From Ancylonema sp. (Eukaryota): DNA of 20,000 nucleotides. The stretch is taken from the NCBI GenBank assembly GCA_050230475.1, contig JBFLGF010000019.1, positions 114,576 to 134,575 on the forward strand. The letters are read 5' to 3'. Position numbers and translations under genes: made by a program. The notes beneath the pieces are model-generated. The model did not search any database, was not told the origin of the DNA, and saw only the letters and a list, made by a program, of their open reading frames with translations. The stretch's first letter is position 1. The number at the start of each line of letters is the position of its first letter. This document shows positions 1 through 10,069 of this stretch, piece after piece.

Positions 1-445
1 AATCGGTGTAGATGCGTAAATACTGCTCGAGGACCGAATTGAGGCGCTCCGTCTGGCCATCCGTCTGAGGGTGAAAAGCACTCGAGCGGTTGGCGTGGAA
101 ACCGCACAGCTGCAGCAGCCGTCTCCAAAAATGGCTGGTAAAGACGGGATCGCGGTCGGAAATGATGGTGGAGGGCATGCCATGGAGCCGCACCACTTCC
201 CGCAAGAAAATGGCGGCGACGTCAGGAGCTGGTATTGCTTTCTTCGTAGGGATGAAGTGAGCAGCCTTAGTCAGACGGTCGACCACTACTAGAATTGCAT
301 CGTGGTAGTCAGATGGCGGGAGGTCTGTGATCCAATCCATGGAGATACAGCTCCACGGCCTGTCAGGGATAGGGTTCGGGGATAGCAGGCCGTAGGGCAT
401 GGGTGCGAGCAACACCGTAATGGCCTGCCAGGGGCGCGTCGTGGA
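1..445 (-). pseudogene. G1 integrase: partial zinc-binding domain plus catalytic core
   Basis: Manual translation gives HDAPLAGHYG, then PYGLLSPNPIPDRPWSCISMDWITDLP..VVVDRLTK..IISDRDP..FHPQTDGQTERLNSVLEQYLR. The CxxC half of the HHCC motif is deleted near 395. Confidence 0.93.
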
Positions 446-789
446 TTTGCTTCAGGATTTGGAGTATCAGGGACGTAGCAGCAGGCGGGATGATTAAGCG
501 ATTATGGCGATACAACAAATCATTGCGTAGACAATAGGGAGATGACGTGCCTGAGGGTTCGAGGGGGTTTGATTTCTCCTCAAGTCTTATAGCCAGTGTT
601 TCGCGGATGGCGAGAGTGTCGAGGTCGAGGAGCTGCGCCTCACGGATAACAGGTAAGATGGGGTCCGTGGGGGAGATGAAAAGCGCAGCAGCTCGGAGGG
701 GGGGGGGAAACAGGAGTGGAAAATCGCCCTGGGGGGAAATAGGGGAATGGGAATCGGGAAGGATAGGGAGTTCGGGGATCGGGTCTGGC

Positions 790-1230
790 TGGTAGTCGGG
801 ACGGCGGGAGAGAGCATCAGGTTTCCCGTTAGTTTCTCCTTTCTTGTAGACGATAGTGAAATCGTAGGCAGCCAGGGTCTCTGCCCAGCGAGCGTGGCGG
901 CGGGAGGTCGTGCGGGCGCCATGGAAGTACTCCAGGTTTTTATGATCTGTGTAGACCACAATAGGATGGCCGCGCCCTCCAAGTAGACGCGCCACTAGCG
1001 GAACCCGCTGACGATCGCCAGCAGCTCTCTTTTTCGTAGATGGGGTAGTTGAGCTCGGCCTCCGAGAACTTTCGGGAGTAGAAAGCGATGGGGTGTAGCT
1101 CGCCGGCAGCCGCAGCCAAGGCCGAAGTCGGAGGCGTCGGCTTCGAGGGTTATGGGTTATGGGGAGGGTGGGTTGAAAGTGTTTGAGGATGGGTGCAAAA
1201 GTGAAGGCCTGCTTGAGGGAGTCGAAATCA
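790..1230 (-). pseudogene. G1 RNase H (frameshifted)
   Basis: LEADASDFGLG, HPIAFYSRKFSEAELNYPIYEK, VYTDHKNLEYF, ARWAETL and NGKPDALSRRPDY occur across several frames. Confidence 0.92.
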
Positions 1231-1258
1231 ACTTGGGCGCGACCTGGGCCTCTGGTGT

Positions 1259-2170
1259 CTAGCAAAACTTCACGCCTTTCCGGGTGAGCGTAGTCAGGGG
1301 GCAGGCTACGGTAGAGTAGTGGTTTATGACTTCCGGTAGAAGTTTGCGAACCCCAAGAAGCACCTCCTTGACAAACTTGACGTGGGGGTAGGCCATTCCA
1401 GCACAGACGCCACCTTGGCCGGGTCCATCTCCACCCCAGCTGGGGAGACCTGGGCCGAGGAAGGTAATGGTGTCCTGATGGAACGCGCACTTTTCAATCT
1501 TAGCGTAGAGCTTATTGTGTCTCAGGATATCCAGGACCTGGCGAACTTGGGAAACGTGCTCTTCCAGGTCTGCCGAGTAGATCACCATGTCGTCAAGCAT
1601 GCCCGCCAAGAAGAAGACGTCTAGGTGTTCTCGAAAGATGTCATTGATGAAGTGTTGGAAGCAGCCGGAGGCGTTGTAGGGCCCGAACGGGCAGACACGG
1701 AACTCAATGTGGCCGTAGCGGGTCCTGAACGCAGTCTTCCACTCGTCCCCCTCCTTCACCCGCACCTGGTGGTAAGCGTTGCGCAGGTCGATCTTTGTGA
1801 ATACTTTCGCCCGGTGCAAGCGATCCAGCATCTCAGGTATGAGGGGTAGGGGATAGCGGTTCTTCACCGTAGCCGCATTCAGACCTCTATAGTCCACGCA
1901 GAGGAGCTTGCCATCCGGTTTTATGAACATGACAGGGGCCCCCGCCGGGCTGGTAGAGGGTCTGATGAATCCGTTTGCCAAGTTGTCAGAGATGTATTGC
2001 TTCAGAGTAGCCAACTCCGGTTCTGACATGGGGTAGATGGGTCCCCAAGGTGGTTCTTTCCCTGGCAGGAGGGGTATTTCCAGATCATAGGGGCGGTGAG
2101 GGGGAAGGGTATTGGCCGCTGATTCCGAGAACACGTCTGCGTAGTCGTGGTACTCGGGGGGGGGTTTGGA
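1259..2170 (-). pseudogene. G1 reverse transcriptase
   Basis: LPPHRPYDLEI, GFIRPSTSPAGAPVMF, CVDYRGLN, KNRYPLPLI, KIDLRNAYHQVR, KTAFRTRYGH, MLDD and KCAF are present. A frameshift lies near 1450. Confidence 0.96.
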
Positions 2171-2319
2171 CAGCACCTCCGGCGGGTCTGGGGGGGCGGG
2201 GAGGGGTAGGGAACTGGCTGCGATGAGCGCAGGGGGGGGGACGATTGGGGTGGCAGGGGTGAGGGGGAAGGGTTTGAGAAGTGGGCAGGGGAGACTCAGC
2301 GCGGCTGGCAGGCATTCAC

Positions 2320-2700
2320 TCTGACAGTGGGGGGACGTGAACCGCAGAGCGCCTGCCTGCCAGTCGATGGACGGGTTGTGGCGCTGGAGCCAGGGGTAGC
2401 CTAGCACCATGGGGATGTGGGCTAAGCGGGTGACGCCAAATTGGAGGGTATCGGTATGGGAGCCAAGACATCACAACAGGCCCTTGTAGAATATGCGTGA
2501 TAGGGCCTGCAGACGGGGCGCTGCCATCAATCAGCTCTACCTGGATGGGTGTGGGGTGGGGATGGTGGCCGGGTGGTGCTGAGCGAGCAGCGTGGGGTCT
2601 ACGAAGTTTCCGGACGCGCCGCAATCGATGAGGGCGTTTACGGAACTGGGGGAAAGAGGGTACTGGAGCAGCTGGACCGAGAGGTACAGGTGGCGGGGCT
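2320..2700 (-). pseudogene. G1 aspartic protease
   Basis: ALIDCGASGNFVD, VELIDGS and MVLGYPWLQRHNPSIDW occur in three frames. Confidence 0.92.
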
Positions 2701-2750
2701 GGGGGGCTAGGTTGGGGATGGGGTGGGAGGGGGGATGGACCACGCCCCTC

Positions 2751-3340
2751 CTAGGACTGTCCGGGGGCATCGTTTTTTGGCTGGTCGGGGGAAGTGTTGT
2801 TAGAGTCGCATTAGCGGCGGCTCTAGCTTATATGAAAGCACTCATTCACAAACACAAATACATACAGGAAGGTTGAAAGTGCAAGTATGATATGAAGTAG
2901 TACATGAATTGATCAGAGTGCATTATGAGCACTCCTGAATGGTATAAATACTAGTCTGAATCTAGTATCGGAACTGAACTCCTTATAAAGGGAACTGAAC
3001 ATAAACTCGATAATAAGAACAAGTTGGAAATTAGGGCCTAAGAAAGATCTAACTGATGATGAGGTCTAATAACCTAAATAGGGCCTAATTATAGGCGACC
3101 AGGATAAATAGCTAAGAGCTAACAAAGGTTAGGGCACTCTCTAGGGTAACCCTAGGGACAATAGAGAGAGTCCTAACAGGTCGGGGGAAGTGTCCAGAAA
3201 GCGGACCTGGCGGGCCTGGTTGGCCGGCTTCTCCGGGCAGGTGCCGTGGCTATGGCTGGCGCCTCCACAGGACATGCACAGGTTTCCCTTCTTGCGCCTA
3301 GCATATTCTATGGGTTCTAGCTGCAGCCGTTTGCGCCGAG
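2751..3340 (-). pseudogene. G1 gag C-terminus, split by the solo LTR
   Basis: Zinc knuckle RRKKGNLCMSCGGASHSHGTCP. Removing the insert and one TSD copy restores FLDTSPDQPKNDAPGQS* (stop at 2751-2753). Confidence 0.88.
2798..3178 (-). mobile_element. Solo LTR (381 bp) of a related chromovirus family
   Basis: TGTTAG...CTAACA inverted termini. The right end resembles the end of the LTR at 3341-3771. It is flanked by the exact direct repeat GGTCGGGGGAAGTGT (2783-2797, 3179-3193). Confidence 0.85.
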
Positions 3341-3771
3341 TGTTAGGAGTGGAATGGAATGGAACTCCTAGCAATCTATGTTGCAAGTGCACACACACAA
3401 CAATGGCGAATTGAGCCGATAGGATGGAGGCTAATGAGCCAAAGATCAAATGGTCGGGTTGATATGATCAGGCACAACAAGGTGCAAGTACATGAGTGGA
3501 TAGGAATGCTCTAAAGGCATTCCTATGGACTAGTTATAGTGAATGTCGACATCCACAAGCTAATCAAGATGTGGGATAACTAGAACTCTCTATAAGAACA
3601 AACTGGAAAGCTAAGGGTCGGCACTCGATATAAGGACAAAGGGGCTAAGGACACACATATCACTATAAAGGGACAAAACTCGCTATAGGGAAAACTGCGC
3701 TAGTAGCGCTCTGGTGCTAAGTGTGGGAGCCTCGCTAGGGAGCCCTAGTGACTGTAGCGAGGGTCCTAACA
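3341..3771 (-). repeat. Chromovirus 3' LTR (element G2)
   Basis: TGTTAGGA...TCCTAACA termini, preceded on the minus strand by a G-rich PPT (3772-3788). Homologous in inverse orientation to 5747-5775 plus 12232-12693. Confidence 0.92.
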
Positions 3772-3980
3772 GTACCCCCCCCTGAAGGCGCGGGACGCGA
3801 TGAGGGAGGCGCCGGGCGGATCGGGAAACGCGGCATGGTAGTCGGCGACCACGTCAGCCGCGTGTGTCAAGTTTTGCGCAGACTCCCAAGAACGTTCCGA
3901 TTCGTCGTAGCCGACCCAATTCACCAGGTAAAACAGCTTGCCACGCAAGAGTTTGGAATCGAGGACCTCCGCCACCTCAC
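3772..3980 (-). pseudogene. G2 integrase C-terminal chromodomain and polypurine tract
   Basis: EVAEVLDSKLLRGKLFYLVNWVGYDESERSWE is a chromodomain with aromatic-cage-type residues. The ORF runs through the PPT into the LTR (FRGGYC*). Confidence 0.92.
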
Positions 3981-3981
3981 A

Positions 3982-4046
3982 GGCTAGTAGCGCTAGGTTA
4001 GGGAACTCGCTAAGGAGCCCTAGGGACTATAGCGAGGGTCCTAACA
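3982..4046 (-). repeat. Truncated 5' LTR of G2 (first ~65 bp only)
   Basis: ...GGAGCCCTAGGGACTATAGCGAGGGTCCTAACA matches 3739-3771. Confidence 0.8.
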
Positions 4047-5746
4047 CCTTCCCCCTAGCGACTACAACGATGCAATTCTGGTGGTCGTCGACCGGCTGAC
4101 GAAGCACGCCCACTTCATCCCTACCACCAAGGCGATGGCGGCTCGTGCGGTCGCAACGATTTTCGTGCAGCAGGTGGTGCGCCTACATGGGTTGCCCAGC
4201 AGCCTCATCAGCGACCGTGACCCCATCTGCACCAACCACTTTTGGCGCCGGCTGTTAGAGCTGCTAGGCATCCGGGCCAACCGCTCCACTGCTTTTCACC
4301 CGCAGACGGACGGGCAGACGGAGCGCTTGGATTCGGTCCTGGAGCAATACCTGCGTATCTACACCGATTACCAACACTCCAATTGGTCCAGACTTCTGCC
4401 GCTAGCGGAGTTCGCTTATAACAACTCGAAGCACTCCGCCACCACCCTCTCCCCGTTTTTTGCCAACTACGGCTTCCACCCGCAGATGTCGCTGCTCCCA
4501 CCCTCCCCCACTTCCCCCAACCACGCAGCCGACGACTACGTCAAAACGATCCACGACACCCAAGATTTCCTCCAGTCAGCGCTTCGCAAATTCCAGCGGG
4601 CGATGGAAACTTCGGCCAATCGGAAGCACAGATCGGCTCCAATATTTTCCCCTTCTAGTCAAAAAGTATTTTCGGGAATTGTTAGGGACAAGGCATGAAG
4701 TGTTAGGGACAAGGCAATCTCGTATTCGATTAGATCTCAATATCTGCGCGACGCAACTCAAACAATTCTGGGCCACACGTTTTGACTCCTGACAAGGACA
4801 AACTGTCGTATTCTGAAGAAACTATGTTTTCGGCGCGATACGATTGAAATAGACGACAATCGGATGGCCGGCTGTCGGCGTGCCGGTCATCTGGTTATTA
4901 ATTTGAGAGTTATGCGTCACGGCGGGTCCACCTGCCAGATCTGTCAGTTACGGGCTACGATCGAATACGGGTTTTGGCTATCTTCCTTTGGCGAGATCCA
5001 AGACTCTCGGGTAGCCGGTTACGGAGCACGTGGCGTGTACGGGTACAAAGGTTACTCCCTTGCCCATAACGCTGAAATAACCATCCTAGCTCGCAGATCT
5101 CCAAGGCCGACGGCCGTCAGACTAGCCAACTTGTACGGAAATAATTTTGAAACGTCGGGTTCGGCTTCAGGCGTCAAGCGTCGCCGACGGCCAGGATTCA
5201 GAATCGCACGGCCCAGAATTGGGTTGCGTCGCGAAGAAATCGAGATTCGGTCGAATACGACCTTGCCTTGTCCCTAACACTTCTTGCCTTGTCCATAACA
5301 ATTCCCAAAAAGTATGGTTGTCCCGTCGCCACGTCGGATCCACTCGTCCTTCGTCGAAACTGGTGTCCGTCGCGTGGGTCCTTTTCCGGTGATTGGCCAG
5401 ATCGGCACCTCGTCTTATCGCTTGGAGCTGCCGTCCTGCCTGAAAATCCATCCCGTCTCCCACGTCAGCCTCCTACAGCCGCACAATCCCAACACGTTCC
5501 TAGGTCGTGTCGTGGCGCCTCCTCCTCCGGTCGTTGTGGACGGCGCGCCAGAACATGAGGTGGCCACAGTTCTGGCCAGCTCTTTTACCTCGTCGACTGG
5601 GTCGGGTACGATGAATCGGAACGTTCTTGGGAACCTGCCGACAACATGGGAAATGCTGCTGACGCAGTCGCAAATTTTCATGCCACGTGTCGTGACCGGC
5701 CTTCGCCGCCTCCCTCATCGCGTTCCGCGCCTTGAGGGGGGGGTAC
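4047..5746 (+). pseudogene. Chromovirus G3 integrase core, GPF motif, chromodomain and PPT; interrupted by a MITE
   Basis: LPPSDYNDAILVVVDRLTK..SDRD..FHPQTDGQTER..AEFAYNNS..SPFFANYGFHP, then QKVWLSRRH, VGPFPVI, IHPVSHVSLL, EHEVATVL and frameshifted FYLVDWVGYDESERSWE. PPT GAGGGGGGGG at 5734-5743. Confidence 0.93.
4670..5306. mobile_element. Non-autonomous DNA transposon (Mutator/MULE-like MITE, ~635 bp)
   Basis: Imperfect TIRs of ~115 bp (GGGAATTGTTAGGGACAAGG... at 4674 and ...CCTTGTCCATAACAATTCCC at 5306). The 9-bp duplication AAAAAGTAT is at 4661-4669 and 5307-5315. Excision restores integrase SQKVWLS. Confidence 0.85.
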
Positions 5747-5775
5747 TATTAGGACCCTCGCTACAGTCACTAGGG
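5747..5775 (+). repeat. Start of G3 3' LTR, split by the copia insertion
   Basis: TATTAGGACCCTCGCTACAGTCACTAGGG follows the PPT and is the reverse complement of 3743-3771 except for one G>A change. Confidence 0.9.
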
Positions 5776-6232
5776 TTTTAGCAATGTTACGTGATACGTG
5801 TGCGAGATCGAGTGAATCTTTCCGTACAAGGAACTACGTCTCTCAAGAATGATCAATGACAAATATTGTGTTGGAAGAATAATCTTGAATGGTCGGCATC
5901 GTGTCGGTATACCACGATGCCTCGTCCACGACATGAATCTACAAAGCGTGCCGACGGTCGTATCTGCGGACCGTCGGCCTATCATAACTCAACAACAGTC
6001 AGATCCTGACAACGGCACACGCCGGACAGTCTGACAAAACAGAACGTCTAGATTCGGAACCATCTAGACCGCACGTGCTACAAACGGCACAATCGAAACG
6101 TCATATTCGGGTGCCCGGACATAAGTCCGGCCCCTCAACATAAGCACACCCTAGGAACCCTACCGGTTACACTAACCGGCAGAGTCCGGACTAGCACGCT
6201 AGCAAACATGGTTATCCGATATAATTCCTACA
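5776..6232 (-). repeat. Copia 3' LTR
   Basis: Direct repeat of 11777-12226 with about 16 substitutions and three ~7-bp indels by manual count. Confidence 0.93.
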
Positions 6233-6243
6233 CACCCCTACGG
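6233..6243 (-). promoter_or_regulatory. Putative short copia polypurine tract
   Basis: Minus strand reads CCGTAGGGGTG immediately before the LTR start TGTAGG. Confidence 0.55.
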
Positions 6244-6551
6244 ATGCCATGCCAAGTTTGGCATTACGTCAGCACCAAAGGACCACCCTCTCAATCGCTA
6301 AGTCATGGCAAGACCATTGCATAGCCCATGGAATAGTAGGGTCTTCTCTAGCATATCAATGTGCTAGAGGCATTTATCAAAAAAATCACAGCCGGGAAGC
6401 CGATCGGATCTCCAGAAGACGATCGCTCCAGATCGTTAGTCGTTTTTCGGGCCGGAGCCCTGAACATACAAACAAATACCACAAGTTAGGGCAATACAAA
6501 AATGACAAAAAGTAAACTTTCTGCAGTTTTCTCCAACTTGAAAATATGCAA

Positions 6552-6616
6552 AACTTCACAACTTTCTCAGAACTTCACAATTTTCTTAAAACTTCATAAC
6601 TTTCTCAATACTTCAC
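6552..6616. repeat. 19-bp tandem repeat (~3.4 copies) in the copia 3' UTR
   Basis: AACTTCACAACTTTCTCAG / AACTTCACAATTTTCTTAA / AACTTCATAACTTTCTCAA / TACTTCAC. Confidence 0.8.
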
Positions 6617-6909
6617 CAAAACAACTGAAATTTTCACACAACATGTAATATGAATGGCAACATATATGCCAGAATTCATGAACAACTGACAACTCTAGAT
6701 GCAGCAGATCTGCAACTTTTCAGTGTCCTCGAGTGTTTTCAGGGCAGAAAAAGGGTAGGGTGACTTAGCTGGATAGACGAGCGTTGAGAGCCCTCCAAGG
6801 TGCATTCTGCAAGAAGAATAACAGAACATACACCCCCTGCCAAACACAGCATGCAGCCGAAAATCCCCTAGAACCTAATGTGCACCCCCAGTTAACCCTC
6901 CCAAAACCT

Positions 6910-7350
6910 ATAGACCGTGTCTGTCAAGTAAGACCTGTGGAAGAGCCTTAGTGAACATATCGGCTGGTTGATTGGCCCTGCCAGATACATATACTTCAGC
7001 CTGCCAGTTCTGTGGCACTCTCTCACCCAGTGGTATACCACACACATTGAAGTGCTTGGCCTCGTTGGACTGGGTTCTGGATCATTGAGAGTGCAGCAGT
7101 TGAGTCACTGTAAATAATTTCATTAGGGAGTTTGAGCTCATGCAGGAGCGACTTCAGGTAACAGCATTCCTTAGACACACTACAGGCAGCAATATATTCA
7201 GCCTCTGCTGTACTCTGTGCGATTGTATACTATTTCCGTGACTTCCAGCTTAAAGCAGTCCCCCCAACAGTAGTGACCCATCTTGTGACCGACTTCCCAG
7301 TCATACTGCAGCTGTTCCAACTAGCATCACAGTACCCCTTGATCTCTAAC
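6910..7350 (-). pseudogene. Copia RNase H
   Basis: GYCDASW, ALSWKSRK*, STAEAEYIA, IYSDSTAA, AKHFNV, YHWVRE and NQPADMFTKAL. Confidence 0.92.
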
Positions 7351-8440
7351 TTCTTCTGCCTCACGTAGCATATTCCGTGATCCACTGTACCCTTTAAATA
7401 TCTGAACACTTGGTGTAAGGATTTGATGTGAGCAGTCCGAGGATTCCCCATGTGTTTTGCCAGTACCCCCAGTGCATGCGCAATATCCGGTCTGGTGTGT
7501 TTCATTGCAATGAGTGACCCAATTTTTCCCCGGAATCAGTTATCTGTTCAGGTGTAGGGGAAGTGAGAGGTTCATCGTTTTGGTGAAATGTCAGTCCAGG
7601 TGGTAAGGGTAGTTTTGTAGGATTACAATTTGCCATGCCAAAACGTTCCAGAACCTGTTTTATGAACCCTCCCTGATGCAACGTGAGCACCCCCTGTTGT
7701 CTGTCCCTTTTCACTTCCACCCCCTGGATATGGGTTAGGGCCCCAAGATCCTTCATTTTGAATTTCCCAGATAGTTCCTGTTTGAATGCCTTAATGACCA
7801 TGGTGTTAGGACAACTATCACCTGATCATCTACGTGTATTCCCACTATGATCCGTGACTGTCCTGTTCCCCTGGTGTATATGCATGTGTCCATAATACAC
7901 TGTTTGAACCCTATACTGAGCATGAAGGTTGTGAACATTTCACCCCAGACCTTGCTACTCTGTTTCAGTCCGTACAGTGCCCCCCTCATTCTCAAAACTT
8001 TTCCCTCAGCCCCTCCCTCAATCTCCATAAATGGTGGAATTTCCATGTATACTTCCTCTGTCAGTCTTCCGTGCAAGAAAGCAGTGACCACATCCATCTG
8101 TTCAATTTCCCAACCCTCCTGATTCGCAATAGCTAGTAGAAGAGAGATAGAGGTACTATCTACTACAGGTGCGAATATTTCAGTATAATCAACTCCTTCT
8201 TGTTGTAGAAAACCTTGGGCGACCAGTCTGACTTTATATCGTTCAAGGGTTCCCGTGGGTGTGTATTTTGTTTTGAATACATTTTTGCACCCCACAGCCC
8301 TTTTACCTCGTGGAAGTTCACACACCTCGAAGGTGTTGAATTCCCCCAAGCTCTTCAGCTCCTCCTGGATAGCAGCTAACCACTGATCCCAGTCTGGCCT
8401 CGTGTCATGGCCTGGTTCAGCGTCGGAGGGTCGGAGGAGT
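7350..8440 (-). pseudogene. Copia reverse transcriptase
   Basis: RYKVRLVAQGFLQQEGVDYTEIFAPV, QMDVVTAFLHG, ALYGLKQS, GIHVDD, FKMKDLG and TRPDIAHA, with frameshifts. Confidence 0.96.
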
Positions 8441-8805
8441 CAGCAGACGTGGCAATCGCAAGCATCATACAGAATTCCAGGGTTAGAGGGGCCGTTGAAG
8501 CCTGTGAAGAAGCATGTTGCCTCCCACTCCTCGTCCTGAATGGCTGCTGCCAGCGCCTGGTCGTCGAACTCCCTCCCCATCGTATCAGAGGACATCCCCA
8601 AAGTGGGCATTTGCGCTCCTCCTTCCCATTACTCTCTCAGCTATGCTCCCAGCATTCACCCCTTGCCCCCCCTCTTCACCCCCTCCTTGGACCTCCTCCT
8701 CCCACTCCTGCGTTGTTGATCCCTGACTGGCTGTCAGACAGCTCAATCACAGAGATGGGGACCTCAGCAGCTGTAACACTGGGATCTGGGCTCCTGGGTC
8801 GTTGT

Positions 8806-8875
8806 GTGCTGCTGCTGCTGGCACTGCTGCTGGAACTGCTGCTGATACTGCTGCTTCTTTTGCTCTGCTGCTGGC
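8806..8875 (-). repeat. CAG-rich (poly-Q) microsatellite in the copia INT-RT linker
   Basis: Runs of (CTG)n on the plus strand translate to QKKQQYQQQFQQQCQQQQH on the minus strand. Confidence 0.8.
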
Positions 8876-9019
8876 GTTGCAACTGTTACTGCTGCTTGTC
8901 CTGATACCCCTCCACCCTTAGGCTCATCATCCGTGTCGGGGAACAACTGGAGAAAGTGTCCATCTGCTGACGCCTCGACCTGGGGAGCTCTCCCCCCCAT
9001 GAGTCTCGGGTACCCCCGG

Positions 9020-9920
9020 CACTTCCTCGAAGAAACGGACGTCTGTCCGCACCATCACGCCGGCTCTGAGAGCGGGTCGAAGATGTTGTACCCAGCCTGA
9101 TCTGCTGCCAGCCCCAATGTACACCCCAAAAGCAGTCCTGGCAGCATACCTTTGTCCCCTTGTTTTATTTTTATGCCCAACTTTTATAGCAAATATTGAA
9201 CCAGACAGCCGAATGTTGTGAATTCTGTCCATTTTTTATCTGACGTCCCGTCCACTCCTCAATAGGTATCCCCCCTGTCAATGAACTAGTGGGGGTCCTG
9301 TTCCTTAACCAGTTTGCGTGCATCAGTGCCACATCCCAATACGATTTAGGCAGTTTAGACCACATCAGCAAACACCTCATCTTTTCTCAATGTTATGTTC
9401 AACTTTTCACACATTCCATTCTGTTGAGGGCTGTAGGGAGGGCAGTCAGTTCATGTCTGATGCCTTTATCCTCACAATAGCCTCTCCACTCTTTACTTGT
9501 GTATTCCCCTCCCCCATCTGTCCTGATGGACTTCAACGCCAGTCCTGATCAACTTCAAGTTTCTGTACAGTGATGCGCGTTTGACTGAGAGGATCGCTCT
9601 TGTGCTTGAGGAGAGATATTGTTGACAGTCTAGTATTGACCTCTATCCCTGTCTGTGCGTAGTCAAACCCTCCGTGCATTGACTTAACACCAAAAGGACC
9701 TATCAGATCCAGATGCAACCTCCCCATTTCGGCATAGTGGCCACATCATCGCTAGCCCATAGCATGCCCCTTCTGTCCCATTTTCTCCATACAACAGATC
9801 TCACAATCCCTGACCTCAGTCAACTCTTCTTGACTCAGTCTCGGTATATCACCACGTCTGGCCATGTGTGACATGGCTGGTATACCAGGGTGACCCAGTT
9901 TGCCATGCCAGAGCATGCCT
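9020..9920 (-). pseudogene. Copia integrase (HHCC plus DDE core)
   Basis: WHGKLGHPG, CEICC, RLHLDLIGPF, PQQNGMCEKLN, LPKSYWDVA..ANWLRNRTPT and DVRFFE. Confidence 0.93.
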
Positions 9921-10069
9921 ATGGACAGAGATTAGCTTGCAGACCAGAAGAACCAGGCATGATGAGATAGATGCATGCATCAACGACAGACCATTCCTCT
10001 GCCTGCTGACATCAAGCCCATTTCAGTCCATTCTTAGTCAGTTTGGGGCCTTGGGGGTCTGGGCAAAGC

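Larger units (their letters stand above)
1..3340 (-). mobile_element. Degenerate Ty3/gypsy (chromovirus-like) internal region G1: gag end, protease, RT, RNase H, integrase; runs off the left edge
   Basis: Domain order on the minus strand is gag CCHC, PR, RT, RH, INT, with several frameshifts, stops and small deletions. Confidence 0.95.

Noticed and set aside
71..2876. Multiple plus-strand ORFs over G1
   Set aside because: They are antisense shadows of GC-rich pol sequence.
3141..3449. 102-aa ORF as a real gene
   Set aside because: It is a chimeric read-through of LTR, gag knuckle and solo LTR sequence.
4864..5277. 137-aa ORF inside the MITE
   Set aside because: It has no transposase motifs, runs into the TIR and is probably a chance ORF.
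5940..6195. Three ~7-bp indels between the copia LTRs as a specific mutational signature
   Set aside because: There are too few events. One is a simple slippage duplication and another could be 2+5 bp.
8407..8904. 165-aa plus-strand ORF with a poly-Leu, membrane-like tract (env-like?)
   Set aside because: It is the antisense reading of the CAG repeat in the copia INT-RT linker.
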